Below, piece after piece: positions 28,545 through 38,400 of a DNA stretch of 64,000 nucleotides; within the stretch, counting starts at the first letter, position 1; every line of letters begins with the position of its first letter. The stretch spans positions 4,674-68,673 of the forward strand of contig CAIVSK010000266.1 of NCBI GenBank assembly GCA_903908495.1, in the 5' to 3' direction. The position numbers and the translations under genes were made by a program. Origin of the DNA: Akkermansiaceae bacterium (GTDB lineage: Bacteria > Verrucomicrobiota > Verrucomicrobiia > Verrucomicrobiales > Akkermansiaceae). The notes beneath the pieces were generated by a model. It was not told the DNA's origin. It saw only the letters and a program-made list of their open reading frames with translations, and searched no databases.

Positions 28545-29813
28545 ATGATGGATAGATATGATGTCATTGTGGTGGGGGCTGGTGCGGCGGGATTGATCGC
28601 TGCCGGCAGGGCGGCGGAGTTGGGCGGCAAGGTGCTGTTGTTGGAGAAAATGGAGCGGGCCGGTCGCAAACTCCTCATCACCGGCAAGGGCCGCTGCAAT
28701 ATCACCAACGACGCCCCGCACAGCGAATTTCTCAAGCATATTCACCCTGATAGCTCGTTCCTCCAGCATGCCTTCGCCGGATTTTTTTCCCATGACATCA
28801 TCCGGTTGCTGGCGGACAACGGCTGCGCCACGGTGGTGGAGCGCGGGGCGCGGGTGTTTCCTGCGTCTAACAAGGCGGCCGATGTGGTCCACGCCCTGAT
28901 GCGCTGGGTGGGCAAAAACCAGGTGGACGTCCGCTATCGCCACAAGGTCGAGGGGCTGCACGTGAGTGACGGGCAGGTCAGCGGTTTGAAAGTGCACACG
29001 CCGGTTGGCAGCCGCACGGTGCATGCCAGGAGCATCATCTTGTGCACTGGCGGCAAGTCCTATCCGGCGACCGGATCGGATGGCGATGGCTACCGGTTTG
29101 CGGCGGCCGCCGGTCATCTCATTGAAACCCCGCGGCAGGCACTGGTGCCGCTGGAGACCGCCGGCAACATGGCGTCACGCTTGCGGGGCTTGAGCCTGCG
29201 CAACGTCAAGGCGGTGGTGTGGGTCAACGGCAAGCCGACCCGCGAGGAGTTCGGCGAGTTGCTCTTCACCGAGTTCGGGCTGTCCGGGCCGATCATTCTA
29301 ACACTGAGCCGCTTCGTGGTGGACGAATTGCGCAACCACAACCAGGTGGAGCTGGCACTGGATTTGAAGCCCGCACTGAGTGAAACCAAGTTGGACAACC
29401 GGCTGCTGCGCGACCTCAAGGAGCATGCGACCCTGCGCATGGAGAGCATTTTCAGGAAATGGCTGCCGGCCGAGCTGGTGCCGGTGTTTGGAGAAACCAC
29501 CGGGGTGGCCGCCGGCACCCAAGGCCAGCGGCTCAGCCCGGCGGAACGCCGCAGGATTCTGCTGCTGATGAAAGACCTTCGCTTCACCATCACGGGTTGT
29601 CGGCCGTTCAAGGAAGCCATCGTCACCGCCGGTGGGGTGGTCACTACCCAGATTGATGCCCACACCATGGAATCCAAATTAATTAGAAATCTCCATTTTG
29701 CCGGGGAACTCATCGATCTGGATGCGGACACCGGCGGCTACAATCTGCAGCTTGCCTTCTCCACCGGTTGGCTAGCCGCCGAGGCGTGCATGCGGCAATG
29801 CGAGCGCGAGTGA
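28545..29813 (+). CDS. HI0933/BaiN-like NAD(FAD)-utilising flavoprotein
   Basis: YDVIVVGAGAAGLIAAGRAAELGGKVLLLEK..GRKLLITGKGRCNITN, the characteristic HI0933-family N-terminus. Confidence 0.85.
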   Translation: MMDRYDVIVVGAGAAGLIAAGRAAELGGKVLLLEKMERAGRKLLITGKGRCNITNDAPHSEFLKHIHPDSSFLQHAFAGFFSHDIIRLLADNGCATVVERGARVFPASNKAADVVHALMRWVGKNQVDVRYRHKVEGLHVSDGQVSGLKVHTPVGSRTVHARSIILCTGGKSYPATGSDGDGYRFAAAAGHLIETPRQALVPLETAGNMASRLRGLSLRNVKAVVWVNGKPTREEFGELLFTEFGLSGPIILTLSRFVVDELRNHNQVELALDLKPALSETKLDNRLLRDLKEHATLRMESIFRKWLPAELVPVFGETTGVAAGTQGQRLSPAERRRILLLMKDLRFTITGCRPFKEAIVTAGGVVTTQIDAHTMESKLIRNLHFAGELIDLDADTGGYNLQLAFSTGWLAAEACMRQCERE

Positions 29814-29886
29814 ATGCCAATCGCCGGCCGAGCGCGATCGCCGGCCGGTTCATAACATGCCTAAGAGGCCTACTTGCCTAAGAGGC

Positions 29887-30330
29887 CTACTTGCCGCCGT
29901 AGCTTACGTAGTCGTCGTAGTCGAGCCACTCAAACCAAGTGGCGAGGTCATCGCGGTCCGCACCGCCGGCCTTTTCCACTTCGCCGCTGATGTAGCCGCG
30001 GCTGCCGTTGTCGCCTGGCGCGGAGGCTTCACGGAAGCGGCTCCAGGCGTCGATTTCGTGGTCGGCACGCTGGAGTGGCGCATTGGCCTGAATCCAGGCG
30101 AGCAGAGCGCCATCGCTGAGGCCCTTGGCGACTTCGGTCTGAAGTGCCGTCGGATCGATGCCGGTGAACGCGAAGAAACGCTGGTCGAGCGGGCAGGCGT
30201 AGTGGTATTCGCCGTTGGTGCCGGCGAGCGAGGCGCGGCACTTGTCGAGGATGCGCGGGAGAATGACAAAGCCGCCGAGGCGGACGCGGGCGCTGCGAGG
30301 CGGGCGCTGGGTGAGGTCTGTGGATTGCAT
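29887..30330 (-). CDS. DUF5069 domain protein
   Basis: MQSTDLTQRPPRSARVRLGGFVILPRILDKCRA..GEYHYACPLDQRFF.. Start at ATG 30330. Confidence 0.7.
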   Translation of the reverse strand: MQSTDLTQRPPRSARVRLGGFVILPRILDKCRASLAGTNGEYHYACPLDQRFFAFTGIDPTALQTEVAKGLSDGALLAWIQANAPLQRADHEIDAWSRFREASAPGDNGSRGYISGEVEKAGGADRDDLATWFEWLDYDDYVSYGGK

Positions 30331-30530
30331 TGGGCCAGACAATGGCGTTGAATGAACAGAACGCAAGTGCAAAGACACCCCCCGTGGAGCGGAACTTGCC
30401 AAAGCCCGCGTCGATGCAGCGAGGGCCCTGCCGGGCACCGCGGAATTTATTTGAGGATTGCTCTTCTGGTTAGGTCGATCGGGTGAAAGAATCGCGGCGT
30501 GCCCGCCGTTTTGGGTGGCACTCGCACGCA

Positions 30531-31928
30531 ATGAAACGACCGCTTCGCTCACTCATCATCCTCCTCGGCATCGCCGCCATCGCGCTGGGCGCCTGGCGCA
30601 TTTTTTATAAAAAAGCAGCCCCTCTGCCGGAGTTGCGGACCGAAGTGGTGAAACGCGGCGACGTGCTCGCCACCATCAGCGCCACCGGCACCCTCGAGCC
30701 TGAGGAGGTCGTCGATATCGGTGCCCAGGTCACCGGTCAGATCCTCACTTTCGGCAAGGACATCGCCGGCAAGACCGTCGATTATGGCTCGGAAATCGAG
30801 CAGGGCGCACTGCTCGCCAAAATTGACAACTCGCTCTACGCCATCAACAAGAAGCAGGCCGAGGCCCAGCTCCAGCAGGCCCAATCCGCCGTGCTTTCCG
30901 CCGATGCCGGACTCGTCCAGAACCGCGCCAGGCTCGAACAAGCCCGTGCCCAGTTCAACCAGGCCAAAAAAGACTGGGACCGCGCCGAAAAACTCGGCCC
31001 CACCGATTCGCTCTCGCGCTCCGCCTACGATACCTATCAAAGCACCTACGAGGCCGCCAAGGCCAACGTCTCCGCCGCCGAGGCCGCCTGCGAGGTGTCC
31101 ACCGCCCAAATCGCCACTAGCAAGGCCACCGTCATGCAGGCCCAGGCCGCGATCCAACTCGCCGACCGCAACCTAGACTATTGCACCATCACCTCGCCGG
31201 TCAAGGGCATCGTCATCGACCGCCGGGTGGATGTCGGGCAAACCGTGGTTTCTAACATGAGTGCCTCCAGTCTGTTCCTGCTGGCCAAGGATTTGAAGAA
31301 GATGGAGGTATGGGTCGCCGTCAACGAGGCCGATATCGGCAGCATCCACACCGGCCAGGCAATCAGTTTCACCGTCGATACCTTCCCCGGCATGACCTTT
31401 CAAGGTACCGTCAACAAAATCCGCCTCAATGCCACCATGTCCCAGAACGTGGTGACCTACACGGTCGAAATCAACACCGACAATGCCGACGGCACGCTGC
31501 TGCCCTATCTAACCGCCAGTGTGAAGTTCGAAATCGACCACAAGCAGGACGTTCTGACCGTGCCCAACGCGGCGTTGCGCTGGCGGCCCGAGGACAACCA
31601 ACTCGCCGCCGGCGCGGAAAATCCGTTCACCGCCAAAGCCGCCAAGCCGGACTCCGCCAAGGGCGGCGGCAAATCCTCCGCCAAGAAAAAAAGCAGCAGC
31701 GGCGTGCTGTGGGTGCGCGATGCCAAGCAGCCGAAGACCGTCACGCCGCTCAAGGTGCGTACCGGCATCAGCGACGGGGTGGTCACCGAAGTGATGCCGC
31801 TTGACGGCAACGCCACCCTTGAAGGTGTGGAGGTGATCATCGCCGAGTTGCGGGAATCCAGCGCCGCGGACTCCACCGAGACCACCAACCCCTTCGCCCC
31901 GAAATTCCCCGGCCGCGGCCGCAAGTAA
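30531..31928 (+). CDS. Efflux periplasmic adaptor (HlyD/MacA-type membrane fusion protein)
   Basis: N-terminal anchor, long coiled-coil hairpin (..AQLQQAQSAV..LEQARAQFNQAKKDWDRAE..), then beta-barrel and MP domains. First gene of a four-gene operon. Confidence 0.88.
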   Translation: MKRPLRSLIILLGIAAIALGAWRIFYKKAAPLPELRTEVVKRGDVLATISATGTLEPEEVVDIGAQVTGQILTFGKDIAGKTVDYGSEIEQGALLAKIDNSLYAINKKQAEAQLQQAQSAVLSADAGLVQNRARLEQARAQFNQAKKDWDRAEKLGPTDSLSRSAYDTYQSTYEAAKANVSAAEAACEVSTAQIATSKATVMQAQAAIQLADRNLDYCTITSPVKGIVIDRRVDVGQTVVSNMSASSLFLLAKDLKKMEVWVAVNEADIGSIHTGQAISFTVDTFPGMTFQGTVNKIRLNATMSQNVVTYTVEINTDNADGTLLPYLTASVKFEIDHKQDVLTVPNAALRWRPEDNQLAAGAENPFTAKAAKPDSAKGGGKSSAKKKSSSGVLWVRDAKQPKTVTPLKVRTGISDGVVTEVMPLDGNATLEGVEVIIAELRESSAADSTETTNPFAPKFPGRGRK

Positions 31929-31944
31929 GCCGCGCCACCCGCTT

Positions 31945-32661
31945 GTGAGTGCCCCTATGAATCTCATTGAATTGCACGACATCCGCAAGACTTTCTATCT
32001 GGGGGAAGTGGTGCTGCCCGTGCTTAAGGGGATTTCGCTCAACATCGCCAAGGGCGAAATGGTCGCCCTCACCGGTGCGTCGGGTTCCGGCAAGAGCACC
32101 TTGATGAACACCCTGGGCTGCCTCGACCGCCCGACCTCCGGCACCTACACCCTGGACGGCGAGGAGGTCAGCGTTCTTTCTAACGACGCTCGCGCCCTCA
32201 TGCGCAACCACAAGATGGGTTTTGTGTTCCAAAACTTCAACCTGCTGCCGCGCACCAAGGCCCTCGGCCAGGTCATGATGCCCCTGCTTTACGGCGGAAC
32301 CCATATCTCACAAAAGGAAGCCAAACAGCGCGCCACTGCCATGTTGGAGAGGGTCGGCCTGGCCGATCGCATGGACCACCAGCCGTCGCAGCTCTCCGGC
32401 GGCCAGCAACAGCGCGTGGCGCTGGCGCGCGCCCTGATCAACCGGCCGCCGCTGCTGTTAGCCGACGAGCCCACCGGCAATCTCGATACCCAGACGACCC
32501 GCGAAGTGTTGGCGCTCTTCAAACAACTCAACGACGAGGATGGCATCACCATTCTCATCGTCACCCATGACCCGAAGGTGGCCGCCAGCTGCAAGCGGGT
32601 CATCCGCATGGCCGACGGCCTCATCGAGGCGGATGAACTCAACGGGAGCGTCCATTCATGA
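31945..32661 (+). CDS. ABC transporter ATP-binding protein (MacB/LolD type)
   Basis: Walker A GASGSGKST, signature LSGGQQQRVA, Walker B LLLADEPT. A GTG at 31945 or the ATG at 31957 could be the start. Confidence 0.93.
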   Translation: MSAPMNLIELHDIRKTFYLGEVVLPVLKGISLNIAKGEMVALTGASGSGKSTLMNTLGCLDRPTSGTYTLDGEEVSVLSNDARALMRNHKMGFVFQNFNLLPRTKALGQVMMPLLYGGTHISQKEAKQRATAMLERVGLADRMDHQPSQLSGGQQQRVALARALINRPPLLLADEPTGNLDTQTTREVLALFKQLNDEDGITILIVTHDPKVAASCKRVIRMADGLIEADELNGSVHS

Positions 32662-34028
32662 AAGTGCTGTTGATACTGCTGGCCTCCCTCACCGCGCTGC
32701 GCCGCAACGTGATGCGCTCGGCACTCACCACCCTGGGCATCGTCATCGGCGTCGGCTCGGTCATCGCCATGATGGAAATCGGCAACGGCTCGTCGGCATC
32801 GATTCAAAAAACCATCGCCAGCATGGGGGCCAACACGCTGATGATTTTCCCCGGCGCGGCAGCCAGCGGCGGCGTGTCCTTTGGTGCCGGCAGCACCATG
32901 ACCCTGACGCCGGGCGACAGCGATGCCATCCAGCGCGAATGCCCGTCGGTGCGCGCCACCGCCCCGGTGATCCGCAGCCGCAACGCACCGGTCATCGCCG
33001 GCAATAAAAACTGGGTGCCTAACGAAATTGACGGCACCACTCCGGATTTCCTCGACGTGCGGGATTGGCCGATTTCCGATGGGGCGGCATTCGACGAGCG
33101 CGACGTGCGCAACGCGGCCCGCGTCTGCCTGATCGGCCAGGCCTTGGTTCGCGAATTGTTTCAGGGCCAGTCGCCGGTGGGGCAGGAGGTGCGCCTGCAA
33201 AACGTCGCCTTGCGGGTGGTCGGCGTGCTGGAAAAAAAGGGGGCGAGCATGATGGGCCGCGACCAGGATGATATTCTAATTGCGCCGTGGACCACGATCA
33301 AGTTCCGGGTGTCCGGTGCGAGCACGGCCAACACCTCGGCGGTTGGAGCCGTGGCCGGCACCACCACCACCACCCCCCGCGGCCAGCTCTATCCGGGCTC
33401 GGCGCAGGGGCTGTTTGCCGCCCGATCGGCCACCCAGACGAAAAACAGCCCGATGCCGGTGCGCATGATCACCGTCGATCAAATCATCGTGTCGGCCACC
33501 AGCGCGGCGGAAATCAAGGACGCGACCGCGGAAATCACCACCCTGCTTCACGAGCGCCACCACATCACCGACGCCGAGGTGGACGATTTCAACATCCGCG
33601 ACATGGCCGAGATCACCAAAGTGATGACATCCACCACCGATTTGATGACCAAACTGCTGCTGGTGGTGGCCATGATCTCCCTGGTGGTCGGGGGCGTGGG
33701 CATCATGAACATCATGCTCGTCTCGGTGACCGAGCGCACCAAGGAAATCGGCCTCCGCATGGCGGTCGGCGCCCGCGGCACCGATATTTTGCGGCAGTTT
33801 CTAACCGAGTCTGTGATGCTCTGCCTGGCCGGCGGGGCGATGGGCATCGGCCTGGGCCGTGGCACATCCTATCTGGTCTCCAGGATCCTGCATTGGCCCA
33901 CACTGCCCTCGGTGGAGGCGATCATCGCCTCGGTGGTGGTGTCCGCCTCGGTAGGTATCATTTTCGGCTTCTATCCGGCGTGGAAAGCCTCGCGCCTCGA
34001 TCCGATCGAGGCGCTGCGTTATGAATGA
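32658..34028 (+). CDS. ABC transporter permease (MacB/FtsX type with periplasmic domain)
   Basis: ..RNVMRSALTTLGIVIGVGSVIAM.. N-terminus, large periplasmic domain and C-terminal FtsX-like helices. Its start overlaps the ATPase stop. Confidence 0.9.
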   Translation: MKVLLILLASLTALRRNVMRSALTTLGIVIGVGSVIAMMEIGNGSSASIQKTIASMGANTLMIFPGAAASGGVSFGAGSTMTLTPGDSDAIQRECPSVRATAPVIRSRNAPVIAGNKNWVPNEIDGTTPDFLDVRDWPISDGAAFDERDVRNAARVCLIGQALVRELFQGQSPVGQEVRLQNVALRVVGVLEKKGASMMGRDQDDILIAPWTTIKFRVSGASTANTSAVGAVAGTTTTTPRGQLYPGSAQGLFAARSATQTKNSPMPVRMITVDQIIVSATSAAEIKDATAEITTLLHERHHITDAEVDDFNIRDMAEITKVMTSTTDLMTKLLLVVAMISLVVGGVGIMNIMLVSVTERTKEIGLRMAVGARGTDILRQFLTESVMLCLAGGAMGIGLGRGTSYLVSRILHWPTLPSVEAIIASVVVSASVGIIFGFYPAWKASRLDPIEALRYE

Positions 34029-35431
34029 ACTTTTTTCCCATGATATCCCCTAAATCACCGTCTGTTTTGCTTGGCCTGTTGTTCGTGAGTTGCGCGGTGG
34101 GCCCTGACTTCAAACGCCCTAACAGCGACGTGCCCGCCAGTTGGAGTTTCAGCAAAACCAAAGTGGCCGCCACCCCCGCCGATCCGGCCGAGCTGGTGCG
34201 CTGGTGGCGGAGGTTTCACGATGCCAAACTCAACTCGCTGGTCGAACAGGCGATTGATGCCAACCTCGACGTGAAAATCGCCAGCGCCCGCCTCAATCAG
34301 GCGCGTGCCCAACGCCAGGGGGCCGCCGCTTCGTTTTGGCCGTGGCTCAGCGCCTCCGGCAGCGAAACGGAGTCCCACGTCAATGGGTCGGGACCGGGCT
34401 CGGGCAGTTTCTCGAGCTATCGCGGCTCGATGAGCGCGGCTTGGGAACTGGATTTCTTCGGCGGCAACCGCCGCAACCTGGAATCCGCCACCGCCCGCCA
34501 AGCGTCGGTCGCCGCGGATCTGGATGCCACCCGCTTGAGCATGGCCGCCGAGGTTGCCCTAACCTATTGCCAACTTCGCTCGATCCAGGACCAGATCGCC
34601 GTGGCCCATCGCAATTTACTGACCCAGAAGCGCAGTTCGGAAATCACCCACGAACGCCGCGGTGCCGGCTTCGCCAGTGATTTGGACGTGGTCAATGCCG
34701 ACGCGCTCGTCGCCAATACCCAGGCTCAAATCCCGAGTCTGGAAACCGCCGCCAGCAAATCATCCCATGCCATCGCGGTATTGCTAGGCCTGCCGCCCAC
34801 CGATTTATCCGCCATGTTGTCCGCTGCCGGTCCGGTGCCCACCGCATCCGCCGCGGTGCCCACCGGCATTCCCTCGGATCTGTTGCGGCGCCGTCCGGAC
34901 GTTCGCAGCGCCGAGGCCGCCGCCCACGCCGCCACTGCCAACATCGGTGTGGCCGTCGCCGACCTGTTCCCCAAATTTTCTCTCAATGGGTCCGTCAGCC
35001 AGCAAAGTGCCAAGCTATCCGACTGGCTCTCGCCGTCGGCCCGCGCGAGCTCCTTTGGTCCGTCGTTTAATTGGGCGTTGTTCCAAGGGGGCAGCATCCA
35101 AGCCAACATCCACATGCAGCAGGCGCTGCGAGATCAGTCGGTGCTTGCCTATCGCAAGACGGTTTTAACGGCCCTGCAGGAGGTCGAGGATGCGATGGTC
35201 GCCCAGTCTAACGAATACAAGCGGCGCGCCTCACTTGCCGAGGCGGTGACGGCCAACCGCCGCGCGGTGGAGCTCTCCACCAAGCTCTACACCGCCGGCC
35301 AGACGGATTTCCTCAACGTTCTCAATGCCCAGCGGTCGCTGCTGCAATCTGAAAGCGAGCAGACCCTGAGCAATCTGCAGCTAGCCACCAATTTGATCTC
35401 GCTCTACAAGGCTCTTGGCGGCGGCTGGTGA
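34025..35431 (+). CDS. Efflux outer-membrane factor lipoprotein (NodT/TolC family)
   Basis: Lipobox LLFVSC. Duplicated OEP repeats. ..LISLYKALGGGW C-terminus. Confidence 0.9.
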   Translation: MNFFPMISPKSPSVLLGLLFVSCAVGPDFKRPNSDVPASWSFSKTKVAATPADPAELVRWWRRFHDAKLNSLVEQAIDANLDVKIASARLNQARAQRQGAAASFWPWLSASGSETESHVNGSGPGSGSFSSYRGSMSAAWELDFFGGNRRNLESATARQASVAADLDATRLSMAAEVALTYCQLRSIQDQIAVAHRNLLTQKRSSEITHERRGAGFASDLDVVNADALVANTQAQIPSLETAASKSSHAIAVLLGLPPTDLSAMLSAAGPVPTASAAVPTGIPSDLLRRRPDVRSAEAAAHAATANIGVAVADLFPKFSLNGSVSQQSAKLSDWLSPSARASSFGPSFNWALFQGGSIQANIHMQQALRDQSVLAYRKTVLTALQEVEDAMVAQSNEYKRRASLAEAVTANRRAVELSTKLYTAGQTDFLNVLNAQRSLLQSESEQTLSNLQLATNLISLYKALGGGW

Positions 35432-35493
35432 TCGAGGGTTCGCCTCAGATCAAGACACATACATATCCGTATGCTTTGTGAGTCGGGACCGCA

Positions 35494-38400
35494 CTAGCGG
35501 GCGAGGAGGGCGCGGCGCACGGACGTCTCCGGATAGTCCCGGGCCAGGCGGTGGAGCTCGGTGAGGCCGGCCGAGTCGGCCAGGTGGCCGGCGGCGATGG
35601 CGGCGGCGTAGCGGGTGTCGGTGGCATTGGCTAGATCGGCGATGGTTTTTAGCAGCACGGGCATGGCCCGCGCGTCGCCGCAGCGGCCGATTGCCCAAGC
35701 GACCTCGGCGCGCCAGCACGGCGTTAGATCGTTGTGCAAGAAAAGCACGCCCGGTCCGAGCGGATCGGGTCGGCCGCTGGCCGCTTCCGTAGCCGATGTT
35801 TCCAGCAGGGTTACCAGGGGCGCCACGGATGATAGGGAGTGCAGATTGCCCAATTCCCTGGCCAGGAAGAACGAGACCCAGTGGCGTGCTGGCAGTTTGT
35901 TGACCACCGGGATGCCGGTGTCGAAGACGCGCGGGATGTCCACCGGCAGACTCGAGAAGCGTAGCAAGGCCGCGCGGATGCGTGGCTCATACGCTGTGTC
36001 GCGGCAGACCAGCGAGAGAATCTGCGCGGCGCGGTTCTGCGGGTCGGGGGTGCCTGCCCACGCCGGATGGGTGGACGCCATGGCCTTGGCGATGGCGGCT
36101 TGCTGGATGGCTTGGGGCTCTCCTAACATCGCGAGACAGGTCTCGCTGACGGCCGCTTGCTGGCCGCTGCGGCGGATCACCCGGCCCACCAGCGTCTCGT
36201 AGTCATCGTTGCCCGGCATCAGCGCACGGTCCGGGTCGGTCGGCACCGAGCGGATGAGCTCGGCGACAATGGCAGCGGTGTGGGTGGTGCCGATGGCATC
36301 CAGCGCCTCGATGATATAGGAATGCAGCGGGGAGGCGTGGCAGGCTATCAGCGCGTCGTGATCGCCATACCAGCGGGTGTAGACCGGGTAATCCGGCAAC
36401 TTGGAAAAGATATCGATCAATGCGGCGACGGCCTCCGGCGTGGCGATGTTGCCGAGGGCCTGTGCCGCCGCCTCTGCCAAAAACAGGTTGGCTGTGGCAG
36501 GGTCCACATTTTGGCGCAGCGTCTCGGCGAGCATGGGCACCGCTTCCGCATCAGCCAGCCAGCCGAGAGCCCTAACGGCCGCCTGCAAGCAGCGCGGATT
36601 GACGGGGTCCAGCGCGTTGAAGCGCGCATTGTCGCCGTCATGGCTCTTGCGCCATTCCGGCAATGGATTGCGCTCGCGTTCGTGTGACACATATCCGCGC
36701 AGGCCGCGGCGCGCGGCATTGCCGCCGATGTGCCCCAGCGCCACCGCCGCCTTGCGGACGTCATCGCGGTCAGTTCCGGCAAGGCGTTGGGTCAAGTCCG
36801 CTTCCAAAGCGTCCCAAGGCTGCGCTTGGAGCCACTGCTGCCACCCCGCGGCCTGGCTGCAGGGATCCGGCGCGGTGTCTGGCGGCACCGCATGTGCTGT
36901 TAGGTTCTCCAATGCCAGCGCGGCGGCGCGGGCGACGAGGGGATCGGGGTCTAGCAATGCAAGCAGCAGTGGCGGGACCGATTCGCGGTTGCCGCAGGTG
37001 GCGAGGGCGATGGCGGCAGCCACCCGCAGCTCGCGCTGTTGATCGGCGTGCAGGCAGAGCGCCAACGCTGGGGCGGCGCTGCGCTGGCGGAAGATGGCCA
37101 GGCGTTGGGCGGCACTGATTTTGGTCTCGGCAGTGCTTGATCCTAACTGGGCGATGAGGGCGGCCACTTCCTGGGCTCCGGTCGCCACGGGGTTGGCGGT
37201 TTCGCTGTGGCGGTTGATGCCGGCCACCTCCCGGTACCGGTCGAACTGCAATTCCATCAGGCCGGTGACGGCCGCGTTGTTGCCGCGGAAACGGTGCGGG
37301 CTGCCTGTGTCTAACAACTTCAAGGGTTGCACCCGCATGGCGAGCACGCCGGTGAGCGGGATGGGAGGGGCTTCCTGTCTGGGTTGATGGCAGCCGACGC
37401 AGCCGCGGGTTTCTCCGGGGCGGACGAAGATCCAGGACATTTCATTGAGTTCGGAACGGCCTTCGCCATCGACGGCCTGGAAGGCGATGGGAGTATCGGC
37501 GGGCACCTCGACGGCAAATGAGCCATCCGCCAGCAACGGCACCGTGCCCAGTTCGGTGACTTCGCTGCCGGCATGTACGATATAGGAATGGGACGAGCGG
37601 AGGGTGAGCCCTTTGCCCGCCAGCACCCGGATTGCTCTAACATGAGGCCAGCCGGCGTTGGTGTTTTTGGTGAAGCGCGCGTTCTGGCAAATGAAAACAC
37701 CGGTGGGGTGGGGGACAGCAGCGGCGCGGGCATCCACTGAGTTAGGCAGGATCGGCGGTCGCTGCCGCGCGCCCAAAAATACCGGTGAGTGCAACGGTGC
37801 CGCGGGCGAATCCATGATGAGCACCGGCTTGCCGCCGCCGGGGGCGGGATCAATAACCGCAAGCCGGGTATAACTGGTGGCATGGGCAATGGCACCGGTT
37901 TTTCTAACATAATTACCGGTGCCCGGCCGGCCCGCCAGCGTGCACAACAATCGCCCGTCCGGCAGCGCGGCCACGTCGCCGGCGGCCACCTCGAGGTGGC
38001 GCAAGTCCGCGGCGGTGCCTCCCGGGCGGCCCACGGCGATGCCTGATTCGGTTAGGAATGCGACCTGTCCATCGGGCATGGGGGCCGGGCTGCCGCAATT
38101 GAAGGCGCGCAGGCGGCCGCCGTAGTCCGGGCCTTGGTCGAGGCCGAACTCGGTGAGCCCGGCGGTGCCATCGGGGTGGATGGCGTGCAACAAGGTTTCC
38201 ACCTTGCCGCGTCCGAAGAAATTGTCAGATCGGATGCAGAGAATGCGGCCGTCGGCGAGCACCTCGGGTTCGTTGTCGAAAACGATGGTGTGGGTGAGGG
38301 GAGTGATGTGGTGGCCGTCCGGGTCCATGGTGAACAACGCGCGGGACGGCGGGTTGTGATACTCCTCAAAGGTTCCGATGCGGGTCGAGGTGAACACCAG

